Positions 1 through 9,973 of a stretch of DNA of 64,000 bases are shown here, piece after piece. Under the pieces are notes generated by a model. It ran no database searches, was not told the DNA's origin, and saw only the letters and a list, made by a program, of their open reading frames with translations. Source of the stretch: an uncultured Alistipes sp. (GTDB lineage Bacteria > Bacteroidota > Bacteroidia > Bacteroidales > Muribaculaceae); the NCBI GenBank assembly GCA_964638475.1, contig CAZXAZ010000001.1:110640-174639 (forward strand), given 5' to 3'. Made by a program: the position numbers and the translations under genes. Each line of letters begins with the position of its first letter. The first letter of the stretch is position 1.

Positions 1-89
1 ATAGAAAAAACGTCATAACGCTCACTTTATTATTGTATTTATCCTCTAAATCACCTATATTTGTTGATTGAAAAACAAACTAGAGAATA

Positions 90-851
90 ATGAAGACAAT
101 ATTTATAACCGGAGGTTCAACCGGTATCGGAAAAGCATCAGTCAAGAAATTTTTAGATGAGGGGTGGAATGTCGCCTTTATGGATGTAAACACTGCAGAG
201 GCGGCGAACACCATCGCTGAGTTGAAACAGCCTGATCGTGTGATTTTTCTTAAGGGAGATACGCGTAATCGTCAGGAGGTGGCAGAAGCTGTTAATAAAG
301 CAGTTGAGAAATTTGGCAGTATTCACAGTGTCTTCGCTAATGCCGGAATTCATCGTCGCAATACGATTCTTGACATTACTGATGAAGAACTTGATCTGAT
401 GATTCAGACAAATATTTATGGAACTGTTAACACCCTTCGTGAGACGATTCCCACCTTAATTAAAGCCGGAGGCGGCTCCATTGTGATCAATGCCTCCGAC
501 CAATGGTTTGTCGGCAAGCCTCATAGTTTTGGATATGGTTTGACAAAGGGTGCTTTGGGGCAAATAACTCGAAGCCTTTCAATAGACATGGGGCAATATA
601 ATATTCGAGTAAATGCAGTTTGTGCCGGAACGATCCATACCCCATTGGTTGACAATCTCTTTGCTAAATTCTCAAAGATTGAGAATAAATCAGTTGCTGA
701 ATATTGGGCTGAAGAAAACGCTCTCTATTCTCGCGGTCGTGTCGGTACTCCTGAGGAAGTTGCCGAAATGGTCTACTTCCTTGCGTCAGATAAGTCATCA
801 TTTTGCACCGGTGGTCACTACCTCATCGATGGCGGTTTAGTCGCCGGCTAG
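90..851 (+). CDS. SDR family NAD(P)-dependent oxidoreductase
   Basis: TGGSTGIG Rossmann motif, NAG motif, YGLTK (YxxxK), C-terminal IDGG. Confidence 0.92.
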   Translation: MKTIFITGGSTGIGKASVKKFLDEGWNVAFMDVNTAEAANTIAELKQPDRVIFLKGDTRNRQEVAEAVNKAVEKFGSIHSVFANAGIHRRNTILDITDEELDLMIQTNIYGTVNTLRETIPTLIKAGGGSIVINASDQWFVGKPHSFGYGLTKGALGQITRSLSIDMGQYNIRVNAVCAGTIHTPLVDNLFAKFSKIENKSVAEYWAEENALYSRGRVGTPEEVAEMVYFLASDKSSFCTGGHYLIDGGLVAG

Positions 852-900
852 TTACTCTTTCTGAGTAATTTACATATTTCCTTGCAAAGTTGAGAAATAG

Positions 901-934
901 CGCGAGCCGAAGACGGATTTGTCTTCGGCTCGCG
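901..934. terminator. Hairpin terminator between convergent SDR and dnaJ
   Basis: Perfect 14-bp stem CGCGAGCCGAAGAC/GTCTTCGGCTCGCG with 6-nt loop. Confidence 0.75.
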
Positions 935-969
935 GTGTATACAGTCTGAGTTATGTGAAATCTTTTAGA

Positions 970-2133
970 CTATTCAAAGATGTGTTTCAGCTTTGAAAAG
1001 AGACGATTGCTCGTTGTTGAGTCTGGCTTGATTTCAGGCTTATCGCGCAACGACTCAAATGTAGCTTTTGTTTTGTCATCGAGCTTTTCGGGGATGTAAA
1101 CCATTACGTTGACTAATTCATCGCCGATTGCGCCTCCTTGAGGATTGGGTAAGCCCTTACCGCGAAGACGCAAAACTTTTCCGGGTTGCGTGCCGGCCGG
1201 AATATTTAGGCGAACGCGTCCGGAAATTGTCGGAATTTCTGCAGAGCCGCCAAGTGTTGCTGTAACGATGTCGAGCATCAAGTTGTAGATTACATCGTTA
1301 CCGTCGCGAATCAATTCGGGATGTTTGATTTCTTCAATAACAACGAGAAGGTCGCCATTGATGCCGCCTCGACGAGCTGCGTTGCCTTTCCCCTTGACAG
1401 TGAGAGTCATGCCCTCTGAAACGCCTGCCGGAATGTCAAATGAAACGAGTTCTTCTTTCTTTTCGATACCTTCGCCATGGCAATGCTGACAAAGGTCTGA
1501 GATAATTTTACCTTCGCCTTCACATTGCGGACAGATGCCGATTGCTTCTTGCGGACCGAAAAGTCCGTGAACAACTTGGCGGACAGTGCCGGTCCCGTTA
1601 CAAGTGGGGCAAGTTGATGTTGCTGTACCGTTTTTAGCGCCGGTGCCGTTACATTTGTCGCATTTGATATATGTAGGAATACGGAGAGTTTTCGATGCTC
1701 CTTTTGAGATTTCCTCTAAGGTGAGTTTTACCTTAATGCGCAAATCAGACCCGCGACGTTGAGGCTTTTGTCTGCGTCGGCCGCCGGTTGCTCCGCCAAA
1801 ACCTCCACCGAAATCGAAGTGTCCACCGAAGATATTGCCGAATTGAGCGAAGATATCATCCATTGACATACCGCCTCCGCTAAAGCCTCCTCCGCCGAAA
1901 CCTTGCGGACCCATTGAGTGACCAAACTGGTCATAACGCTGGCGCTTTTCGTCATTGGAAAGCACTTCGTATGCTTCGGCTGCTTCTTTAAACTTATCTT
2001 CAGCAGCTTTATCACCCGGATTTTTGTCAGGGTGATATTTGATAGCTAGTTTGCGGTAGGCTTTCTTTATTTCGTCGGCTGTAGCAGTCTTGGAAACCCC
2101 CAGCACTTCATAATAGTCTCTTTTGTTTTCCAT
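970..2133 (-). CDS. dnaJ: Chaperone DnaJ
   Basis: J-domain with HPD, G/F-rich region, four CxxCxGxG repeats. Confidence 0.98.
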   Translation of the reverse strand: MENKRDYYEVLGVSKTATADEIKKAYRKLAIKYHPDKNPGDKAAEDKFKEAAEAYEVLSNDEKRQRYDQFGHSMGPQGFGGGGFSGGGMSMDDIFAQFGNIFGGHFDFGGGFGGATGGRRRQKPQRRGSDLRIKVKLTLEEISKGASKTLRIPTYIKCDKCNGTGAKNGTATSTCPTCNGTGTVRQVVHGLFGPQEAIGICPQCEGEGKIISDLCQHCHGEGIEKKEELVSFDIPAGVSEGMTLTVKGKGNAARRGGINGDLLVVIEEIKHPELIRDGNDVIYNLMLDIVTATLGGSAEIPTISGRVRLNIPAGTQPGKVLRLRGKGLPNPQGGAIGDELVNVMVYIPEKLDDKTKATFESLRDKPEIKPDSTTSNRLFSKLKHIFE

Positions 2134-2144
2134 ACAACGTTAGC

Positions 2145-2756
2145 TTACTGGGCTACTACAACTTTGGCGTGGCGTAATACTTTGTCATTAATTGTGTATC
2201 CCTTTTGGACAGTGTCTTTGATGTTGCCTGACGGAGTTTCGTCGTCTGCCGGCACCATTGCGACAGCCTCGTGAAAGTCGGGATCGAAGCCGGCGCCGGT
2301 AGATTCCATTGCCTTAACACCGTTGTCTCCGAGATATTTTACGAGTTTGTTGTAAATCAACACCATGCCTTCTTTTACAGCGTCAGCATCAGATGTGTCT
2401 TTGATTGCGTCAAGACCGCGTTCGAAGTCGTCAACGATGGGCAGGATGCCTTGAAGGGCTTTTTCAGATGCGTTTTTGATGAGCTCTGTGCGTTCGCGAA
2501 GAGTGCGTTTGCGGAAGTTGTCAAACTCTGCCATTAAGAATAGATATTCTTTTTTTTCTTTAGCAACTTCTTCTTCTTTCGCGCTCAACTGTTGACGAAG
2601 AGCTTCGATTTCAGAGGGTTCTTCCGGAGTTTCAGTAGCGTCGCTATGAAGTTCAGCGTCGCCGTTTTCGGGGTTGTTGATGTTTAACTCCTTCTGATTT
2701 TGCTCAGAAGGGGTGTTATGTTGGTTTTCAGTAAACTCGTGGGCCTTATTTTTCAT
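2145..2756 (-). CDS. grpE: Nucleotide exchange factor GrpE
   Basis: AEFDNFRKR, FDPDFHEA, KGYTINDKVLRHAKVVV; directly upstream of dnaJ. Confidence 0.97.
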   Translation of the reverse strand: MKNKAHEFTENQHNTPSEQNQKELNINNPENGDAELHSDATETPEEPSEIEALRQQLSAKEEEVAKEKKEYLFLMAEFDNFRKRTLRERTELIKNASEKALQGILPIVDDFERGLDAIKDTSDADAVKEGMVLIYNKLVKYLGDNGVKAMESTGAGFDPDFHEAVAMVPADDETPSGNIKDTVQKGYTINDKVLRHAKVVVAQ

Positions 2757-2826
2757 TATTTTTATATCTTTTTAATAATCAGTTATAGCAAAAACTTTGC
2801 CAAACTTTCACTTTTGAGTAATCAAT

Positions 2827-3654
2827 TTAGGTTAACTCCTTAAGGAGATAACAACAGTCATCTCCGAAGGGTTTATTTTCAGTAAGTTTCGGCATGCTCT
2901 TGAATAAGCCGAATACGGCAGAACCACTACCTGACATTGATGTATATGTCGCGCCTAAATCAATAATTTGTTGCTTTATATCAGCAATACGGGGATACTT
3001 TGCGAAGATAGATGCCTCGAAATCATTCACCAAATTACCTTGCCATTGCTCGATCGGTAGGTTAATTACTTCTAATAACGGCTTGGACGGGATTTTTGGG
3101 GTCAAGCCGGCGTATGCTTCGCGAGTTGGCACAGAAACATCTGGCTTAACGATTAATATCCATAACCCCTTAGGTAAATTCAGAGAAATAGGGGAGAGGG
3201 TAGTGCCGATACCCGTGCATAACATTGGCTTATCGTAGATAAAGAATGGGCAGTCTGCTCCAATGCTAGCGGCGATATCTGCTAATAGTTCAAGCGAACC
3301 GCCGAGGTTAAACAAATCATTTAGAGCGAGCAGGGTGTGAGCCGCGTCAGCAGAGCCACCACCTAGTCCGGCTCCATCAGGTGTTTGTTTGTCTAGGTAG
3401 ATTGTAACCGGCGGAATATCAAAATGCTCTCGTATAGCAGTCAATGCTTTGTATACAAGATTTTTCTCCATCGGACAGTCTACCTTGCGTCCTGAGCAAT
3501 GAAGCGAATCGATTCCGTCCGGAGCTTCTACAATTTCGAGAATATCGTATGACGGAACTGCTATCATTATTGTTTCAAGATTATGATAGCCGTCGGCTCT
3601 TCTTGAAATAACGTTTAGTCCGAGGTTGATTTTTGCGTTTGGAAATCTGAGCAT
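2827..3654 (-). CDS. ispE: 4-diphosphocytidyl-2-C-methyl-D-erythritol kinase
   Basis: PNAKINLGL, GAGLGGGSADAA, MSGSGS; start moved to MLRFPNAK (ATG at 3654). Confidence 0.96.
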   Translation of the reverse strand: MLRFPNAKINLGLNVISRRADGYHNLETIMIAVPSYDILEIVEAPDGIDSLHCSGRKVDCPMEKNLVYKALTAIREHFDIPPVTIYLDKQTPDGAGLGGGSADAAHTLLALNDLFNLGGSLELLADIAASIGADCPFFIYDKPMLCTGIGTTLSPISLNLPKGLWILIVKPDVSVPTREAYAGLTPKIPSKPLLEVINLPIEQWQGNLVNDFEASIFAKYPRIADIKQQIIDLGATYTSMSGSGSAVFGLFKSMPKLTENKPFGDDCCYLLKELT

Positions 3655-3773
3655 TTTGCAGATGTTTAAACGTTTGTAAGAGAAAATCAACGCATTAGCT
3701 TAAATGCGTCATGGCTATTTTTTTTGCAAAGTTAGCCATAATCAGACGGATTCTCTAATTTTTTTAGTTATTT

Positions 3774-3802
3774 TGCAACCAGGCCTCATCTTTTGACGTC
3801 TA
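3774..3802 (+). promoter_or_regulatory. Candidate ECF-sigma promoter (TGCAAC-N17-CGTCTA)
   Basis: Matches the AAC/CGT pattern of SigW/SigM-type ECF promoters; lies upstream of an operon encoding an ECF sigma. Confidence 0.5.
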
Positions 3803-3881
3803 ATTCACAAAAGCCTTCGCAAGAAGGCGATGTGGAGAGAATTCTTCGCGACTTTTGATTAAACTGTATAATACCACTTCT

Positions 3882-4790
3882 ATGAAAAAGATATCCGCTC
3901 TCATCCTTGCTGCCGTATTGGCTTGCTCATCCGTGTTTTCGCAGACGCCTAAATCGAATGCAGATTCAACACCAATCTCTAAGAGTCATACCGTTGTGGC
4001 AAGTATAATCGTAAATTCTGATACGATTTTTCAAACAACGGTTGACACAACAGCGAGATCGGTTGCGTTTTCTTCGTTTACATCTTCCAAAGCTCCCAAA
4101 ATAAGTAAACACGATGGTGAATTAGTGCTTAGTTATGACGGGAATGAGTATGTGTTGGCAGACTTGTCTGAAGATGCAGAACTGTCAAATTCGCTGAATT
4201 CTCTCGACGATTTTGATCTCAATCAAAAGGTGAGTGACAATAACGATTTAGAATTTGTCGCAGTGGTGCTTGCAATTATTTTCGGCTTTCCCTGTGCTAC
4301 GATTATTATAGGGCTGTTTCTCGGTTTGTCATTTGTGCATAAACGTAATCGAGAGCGCAACGAGTTGATTAATAAAGCTATAGAATGTAATTATCAATTA
4401 CCAGAAGCTTTTTATATGGTGCAAAAGAATATCAATGGCGCGCCAACGTCGCCTATGCGAGATTCTCGTAAATTTTACAGGGCAACGACTTTGATGGCCG
4501 TTGGTTTGTCATTGATTATTTTTGCTATTTGGGTTGACGCTGCTTTCTTTGTTGTAGCCGGCGGTATCCCCTTATTAATGGGTATCGGACAATTGATTGG
4601 ATATTTTTGTGTGCCGACACTATCGGACAATCCAACCAATCGTCCGTATTATGGTCCACAGATGGGTAATCAATCACCAATACCTCCCTCTCAACCTCAA
4701 GAGCCGATACATCAGTCGATGTCTAAACAGATGTCAACCAACGAGCCGATGGGTGGTCAGCAAACACCTCCGCCCTACAATCCTTCTTAA
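3882..4790 (+). CDS. DUF6249-like membrane protein with Pro-rich C-terminal tail
   Basis: Signal peptide MKKISALILAAVLACSSVFS, three TM segments, R.ELI.KAIE motif; start set at MKKIS. Confidence 0.7.
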   Translation: MKKISALILAAVLACSSVFSQTPKSNADSTPISKSHTVVASIIVNSDTIFQTTVDTTARSVAFSSFTSSKAPKISKHDGELVLSYDGNEYVLADLSEDAELSNSLNSLDDFDLNQKVSDNNDLEFVAVVLAIIFGFPCATIIIGLFLGLSFVHKRNRERNELINKAIECNYQLPEAFYMVQKNINGAPTSPMRDSRKFYRATTLMAVGLSLIIFAIWVDAAFFVVAGGIPLLMGIGQLIGYFCVPTLSDNPTNRPYYGPQMGNQSPIPPSQPQEPIHQSMSKQMSTNEPMGGQQTPPPYNPS

Positions 4791-4846
4791 CGATTCTTAT
4801 TTTAAGTATACACATATAGATTATACATAAGTTCCCTTTACTAGTA

Positions 4847-5389
4847 ATGGTAAACCGCCGACTTGAAGAAATCAAGCTGCTAGCCCTCTGTATGGCTTCA
4901 GACAATCGCGAGGCTTTTTCGCGACTTGTCGAGATTCATCAGCAGGGCCTGAGGCGGTTTCTCTTAAACCTTACTAATGGGAATGTTGATCTCACCGATG
5001 ATCTTGCCCAAGAAACGTTCATTAAGGCTTGGTTGGCAGTTCGTTCCTTCCGCGGTTTGTCAGGATTCAAAACTTGGCTTTATCGAATAGCGATTAATGA
5101 ATACTCTACATATTGTCGTCAGTTAGCCAGGTATGGCGAGACAGATACCGATATGAGTCAACTTATGCTTGAGGATCACTCATCTACGACTCAGAGCACA
5201 GATGCTAAGATCGATGTCGAATCCGTATTAAAGCATTTGCCCGAAAAAGAGCGATTAGTAACTTTGCTCTATTATCTAGAAGAGCTTTCTGTAAAAGAAA
5301 TTGTGAAAATAACGGGTATGCCAGACGGTACGGTAAAATCGCATTTAAGCCGAGCGCGTGGTCATCTATCCAAGCTCCTTACTGAATAA
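4847..5389 (+). CDS. ECF RNA polymerase sigma factor
   Basis: DDLAQETFIKAW, FKTWLYRIAIN (region 2), GTVKSHLSRAR (region 4). Confidence 0.95.
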   Translation: MVNRRLEEIKLLALCMASDNREAFSRLVEIHQQGLRRFLLNLTNGNVDLTDDLAQETFIKAWLAVRSFRGLSGFKTWLYRIAINEYSTYCRQLARYGETDTDMSQLMLEDHSSTTQSTDAKIDVESVLKHLPEKERLVTLLYYLEELSVKEIVKITGMPDGTVKSHLSRARGHLSKLLTE

Positions 5390-5436
5390 TTATTCGCGAG
5401 ACAAATTCCCTATTAGCCTTAATCTGAAATATAATT

Positions 5437-5796
5437 ATGAGTTTAAAACAGGATAAAAATCAGGAACTTACAATTCGAGAATTGGATGCTCGAATTTCCG
5501 CGCATCTTTCACACAAGTTGCCAAAAGCCAACGAAAATCGTTGGTTTACTCCGAGAGTGATGCACCGCCTTCCCGAACGATCGTATTGGGGGGGAGCCTT
5601 AATTGGGCAGGGGATTTGTTATTTGCTAGGTTTTGTTGCATTTTTAGCTGTAATAGTCGTTTCTTATAATTGGATTCTACATACAGACGTGTCGTTTTTA
5701 ACGATTATGATGATAGCCTTTACGTCGATAATGGTTACGATATGTGTGTGTGTTATGCTTGTCCCGTCGTTAATTAAAATATTGCGAGAACCTTGA
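5437..5796 (+). CDS. Small membrane protein (DUF5056-like), probable anti-sigma factor
   Basis: Follows the ECF sigma; N-terminal soluble segment (FTPRVMHRLP) plus two TM helices. Confidence 0.6.
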   Translation: MSLKQDKNQELTIRELDARISAHLSHKLPKANENRWFTPRVMHRLPERSYWGGALIGQGICYLLGFVAFLAVIVVSYNWILHTDVSFLTIMMIAFTSIMVTICVCVMLVPSLIKILREP

Positions 5797-5825
5797 TGTT
5801 ATTGCAGTTGTTTTCTGACTTGAAA

Positions 5826-5857
5826 TTTGGATAGGAGGGGGGAATTTGGTAATTTTG
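5826..5857 (+). promoter_or_regulatory. Bacteroidetes primary-sigma promoter (TTTG-N20-TAATTTTG)
   Basis: Exact -33/-7 consensus and spacing upstream of the hydrolase-murF-ddl operon. Confidence 0.75.
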
Positions 5858-6015
5858 CGTTGCGAAACGCTAAGAGATAACTTCTTAGAGCATCGTAAGA
5901 GGTCATTGTGTTGACTGCGAGCTATTTAAAGATGCTTAAAAGTTGTCGCTATGACTTTGTTTTATTAAGTGATTTGTCTGCTGTAGGTATTGTCAGACGT
6001 CAATACTCCGTTAAA

Positions 6016-6777
6016 ATGGAAAAGGATTTATTGCTGGATGGCCTTAAGGTTAGAATTGAAGTGACCGGCGAAGGGCGTCCGCTGATTCTGATGCATGGTT
6101 GGGGTTGCAATCATACAACAGTAAAGTCTATTGCTGCCACTGCTGCTCAGACCCATACCGTCTACAATATAGATTTCCCCGGATTCGGAGACTCGCAAGA
6201 GCCGACTGAAGTTTGGGGTGTTGAGCGTTATACGCGTTTGATTGAGGAATTGGTTGCTAAAGAGAGTTTAGAATCACCGGTGTTGATTGGTCACTCTTTT
6301 GGCGGTCGAGTCGCGATATTGTATTCTTCTCGCAATAAGGTTGATAAAGTTATTTTGGTTGATGCAGCCGGCATAAAGCCTAAACGTTCGCTGAAATACT
6401 ATTTGAAGGTCTACTCTTTTAAAGTCGGTAAACGTTTTTGGGAGCTGTTGCTTGGTAAGGAAAGGGCTCAAAAACGTATAGATGAAATGCGAGCTAAGCG
6501 AGGCTCAAGCGACTATGCCGGAGCGTCACCGATGATGCGTCGTATCTTGTCGAAAGTTGTCAATGAAGACTTGACCGAACTATTGTCGATGATTTCTTCT
6601 CCAACGCTATTGATTTGGGGTGAAGATGATACGGCGACCCCTCTTTCCGATGCAAAAAAAATGTCGCGATTGATTCCGGATGCCGGACTTGTTAGCTTTC
6701 CAGGATGTGGTCACTATAGTTTCCTCGATAATCCGATTCAATTCCGCGCCGTTCTCTCTTCATTCCTTAAAAGCTAA
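6016..6777 (+). CDS. Alpha/beta-fold hydrolase (esterase-like)
   Basis: HGWG oxyanion motif, GHSFGG nucleophile elbow, WGEDD acid, GHYSF His; start set at MEKDLL (ATG 6016). Confidence 0.92.
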   Translation: MEKDLLLDGLKVRIEVTGEGRPLILMHGWGCNHTTVKSIAATAAQTHTVYNIDFPGFGDSQEPTEVWGVERYTRLIEELVAKESLESPVLIGHSFGGRVAILYSSRNKVDKVILVDAAGIKPKRSLKYYLKVYSFKVGKRFWELLLGKERAQKRIDEMRAKRGSSDYAGASPMMRRILSKVVNEDLTELLSMISSPTLLIWGEDDTATPLSDAKKMSRLIPDAGLVSFPGCGHYSFLDNPIQFRAVLSSFLKS

Positions 6778-6803
6778 ATTGATAAATACTCGAATATCCA
6801 CTA

Positions 6804-8393
6804 ATGGAAAAGTATCATATTATTTTGCAGATATTGACTGTTATAGTTGCGATTTTAGATCTATATTTCGTCTATTCTCGTGACTTGATGATGCTTCAGC
6901 AAAATTCATATCGCAATGAGCGTTATCTTCGTTGGTTCCATCAAGCTAAAGAAAGCACAACAACCGGCAGAATTGCTTGTATGTTTGCTCTCTTTGTGCT
7001 TCTTGTTGAAACCAAACCGACCTTATTGGCTTGCCTTGTTGTTATCATGTTGCTTGCTTGGCAAGCATACTCCTTGGCGCGACGTAAGTATAAGAAACCA
7101 TTAGTGCGCACGAAGCGTGTTAATCGCATTTTTGCTACGATGGTAGCCGTAACAGTTGTTATTATTGCCTTAAGTTGGTTGTTCTTCGGTCTGGAGGGCT
7201 TTTTCGCGATTTTAGTTGCTTCTCTTTGGGTTTCGCCCATGATTCTTCTTTTCTCTAATTGGTTGCTTAAGCCGGTTGAGAAACATATAAATAAGAAATT
7301 TTATGATGAAGCTGCGTCGATTTTAGCGTCGATGCCCCAACTAAAAGTTGTAGGTATTACCGGCAGTTATGGTAAAACATCAACAAAGCATTACCTTCAT
7401 CGCATACTCTCTGAGCATTTCTCAACAACGATGACTCCCGGAAGTTTCAACACTACTTTGGGCGTTATTCGTACAGTTCGCGAGTATTTGAAACCTTACG
7501 ACGAGGTCTTTATCGTAGAGATGGGCGCAAAACAGCCGGGCGATATTAAGGAGATAGCCGAGCTTGTTAAGCCATCTGCTGCAATAATTACAGCTGTAGG
7601 CGAGCAACATCTTGAGACCTTCAAGACTATTGAGAATGTACAGAAAACGAAGTTTGAACTCGTAGATTCGCTCCCTTCTGACGGATTCGCAGTTCTAAAT
7701 AATGATTTTGAATATGTTGCAAATCGAGAGGTTGGTGATGTCAGAGCTTTGCGCTATGCCGTTTCTAATATAGAAGGCGTAGATTTTAAAGCTGAGGATA
7801 TTAAATATAGCTCTCGTGGCACAACCTTCCGTGTTGTTGGCGGAGATTTGAATGAGCCGCTTGAATTGCATACATCCTTGGTTGGTGAATGTAATGTTTC
7901 TAATCTATTGGCTGCGGTGATTGTCGCTTTGAAATTAGGCGTTCCTGCAGCGAAAATTAAGTATGCCGTTTCTCAAATAGAGCAGGTTGAGCATCGCTTG
8001 AGCGTTAAGCGAGTTCCGGGAGGGTTGACCATTATTGATGACGCGTTTAACTCTAACCCAACCGGCTCTAAAATGGCGGTTGAAGTGCTTGGCTTGATGA
8101 AAGATGAGGGCAAGCGAATCATCATCACGCCCGGGATGATCGAATTGGGCGATCGTCAGTATGATGCTAATCGCGACTTTGGATGTAATATCGCTAAGAA
8201 TGTTGATGCCGCAATTGTTGTCGGTAAATATAATCGAGAGGCAATTCTTAGCGGAATTGAAGATGGCGACATGGCGTTGGAAAATGTCTATGTTGTTGAT
8301 AGTTTCTCCGAAGCGCAACAACAGCTTCATAAGATTGCTGCTCCGGGCGATATTGTTCTCTATGAGAATGATCTCCCTGACACATTCAAGTAA
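6804..8393 (+). CDS. murF: MurF-family ligase with N-terminal multi-TM membrane anchor
   Basis: GITGSYGKTSTK P-loop, EMGA, IIDDAFNSNP; about 150-aa hydrophobic N-terminal extension; adjacent to ddl. Confidence 0.88.
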   Translation: MEKYHIILQILTVIVAILDLYFVYSRDLMMLQQNSYRNERYLRWFHQAKESTTTGRIACMFALFVLLVETKPTLLACLVVIMLLAWQAYSLARRKYKKPLVRTKRVNRIFATMVAVTVVIIALSWLFFGLEGFFAILVASLWVSPMILLFSNWLLKPVEKHINKKFYDEAASILASMPQLKVVGITGSYGKTSTKHYLHRILSEHFSTTMTPGSFNTTLGVIRTVREYLKPYDEVFIVEMGAKQPGDIKEIAELVKPSAAIITAVGEQHLETFKTIENVQKTKFELVDSLPSDGFAVLNNDFEYVANREVGDVRALRYAVSNIEGVDFKAEDIKYSSRGTTFRVVGGDLNEPLELHTSLVGECNVSNLLAAVIVALKLGVPAAKIKYAVSQIEQVEHRLSVKRVPGGLTIIDDAFNSNPTGSKMAVEVLGLMKDEGKRIIITPGMIELGDRQYDANRDFGCNIAKNVDAAIVVGKYNREAILSGIEDGDMALENVYVVDSFSEAQQQLHKIAAPGDIVLYENDLPDTFK

Positions 8394-8430
8394 TAATAAA
8401 TCGAAATAATCCGTAGAGTTACTTAGATAT

Positions 8431-9630
8431 ATGAAAACCAATATCGGTGTTTTCTTCGGCGGCCGTTCGACTGAACATGAAATTTCGGTCATATCCGCCA
8501 ATCAGGCTATTAATGCCATTGATAAATCAAAATATGATGTAACCCCCGTATATGTTTCAAAAGAAGGCCGTTGGTTTACCGGTGATGCTCTTTTGAATTT
8601 GCGCAATTATCGCGATATGAAGGGGCTTGAAAATCTCGTTGAAGAAGTTTATATGCGCCCCGTACATGGCGATTATAATCTCTATTTTCAGAAACCGAAA
8701 GGGTTGTTTGGTAAGAAAGAAATCGCATGTAAACTTGACGTCGTAATACCTGTATTCCATGGCGCTAATGGCGAGGATGGCACGTTCCAAGGAATTCTAC
8801 AGGCTATCGATATCCCTTTCGCCGGATGTGACACTCTTTCGTCGGCTAACGGCATGGATAAGATTACAATGAAGATGATTCTTCGAGAGAATGATATTCC
8901 TGTTGTCGATTATGTTTGGTTTACAGATCGTCAGTGGTTCTCAGACCGCGACAATCTTGTAGAAAAAATCGAGAATAAGATTGGTTATCCGGTAATTGTA
9001 AAACCATCAAATCTAGGATCTTCTATTGGCATCGGCTGTGCTCACAATCGTGAAGAACTGTTCGAAAAGGTTGATGATGCCGGCCGTTACGCATCTCGCA
9101 TTATTGTTGAGCATATGGTTGAGGAATTGCAAGAAATCAATTGCTCTATACTTGGTGATTGTGATGAATATCAAGCCTCTGTCTTAGAAGAACCAATTAA
9201 GACAAAAGAGATTCTTTCGTATACAGATAAGTATATGGGTGGCTCGAAGGGTACTGAAGGAATGCAAGCCTCACAGAAGAAAATTCCGGCTGAGCTTCCT
9301 GAGGATATGACGAAGGAAATTCAACGTTTGGCTGGCGAAACATTCCGAGTGCTCTCTTGTCATGGTGTTTCGAGAGTAGACGTAATCGTCGATAAGGCTA
9401 CACGTAACATTTATGTCAACGAGATTAATACGATTCCCGGTTCGTTGTCATTCTATTTATGGGAAGCTAGCGGCATTAGTTTCTCGTCATTGATGGATCG
9501 TCTTGTTGCTCTCGCCGTGAAACGTAAGACACGCCAGGGCCAGAAGACAACATCTTTCTCTCAGAATATCTTCGCTCTTGGTGGAGGCACAAAGGGTGGT
9601 GTCAAGGGTGCTAAAGGCGTAAAAGCTTAA
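8431..9630 (+). CDS. ddl: D-alanine--D-alanine ligase
   Basis: FGGRSTEHEIS, HGANGEDG, VKPSNLGSSIGI, SYTDKY, NEINTIPG. Confidence 0.95.
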   Translation: MKTNIGVFFGGRSTEHEISVISANQAINAIDKSKYDVTPVYVSKEGRWFTGDALLNLRNYRDMKGLENLVEEVYMRPVHGDYNLYFQKPKGLFGKKEIACKLDVVIPVFHGANGEDGTFQGILQAIDIPFAGCDTLSSANGMDKITMKMILRENDIPVVDYVWFTDRQWFSDRDNLVEKIENKIGYPVIVKPSNLGSSIGIGCAHNREELFEKVDDAGRYASRIIVEHMVEELQEINCSILGDCDEYQASVLEEPIKTKEILSYTDKYMGGSKGTEGMQASQKKIPAELPEDMTKEIQRLAGETFRVLSCHGVSRVDVIVDKATRNIYVNEINTIPGSLSFYLWEASGISFSSLMDRLVALAVKRKTRQGQKTTSFSQNIFALGGGTKGGVKGAKGVKA

Positions 9631-9656
9631 TCTTAAAATTCCCCGGAATCCCCGGT

Positions 9657-9965
9657 ATGGAGATTATTAAAGCTAAAAAATTTCTTGTCCGCTCTCTATT
9701 TGATGGGGAGCGGACTTGTCAATTAATGTTGGTTGATTTAACCGGACCAACGTTAAGCGTGACACCATTTGAAATAGAAACACCCGCTACAATCTTTTTA
9801 GATCAGCGGGTGGTATTGTTTGCTTGTCGGCTTACCGAAATTCCGAACTTTGAGTGTCGTTTGCAAAGCTTTTCGGCAGGCGATTTTTCAGAGGCGGCTT
9901 TTTCTGCTTTTTTGGCATTGCCGGATATTACTCCCTCAGAAGAGGTCGTAGTGGTTGCCTATTGA
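9657..9965 (+). CDS. Hypothetical protein
   Basis: ATG ORF 26 nt after ddl that fills the gap to the convergent gene; no motif recognised. Confidence 0.5.
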   Translation: MEIIKAKKFLVRSLFDGERTCQLMLVDLTGPTLSVTPFEIETPATIFLDQRVVLFACRLTEIPNFECRLQSFSAGDFSEAAFSAFLALPDITPSEEVVVVAY

Positions 9966-9973
9966 AGGTATTG

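Noticed and set aside
8431-9630. Van-type D-Ala-D-Lac resistance cluster
   Set aside because: The omega loop keeps K-Y (SYTDKY), as in D-Ala-D-Ala ligases; no vanH, vanX or vanRS nearby
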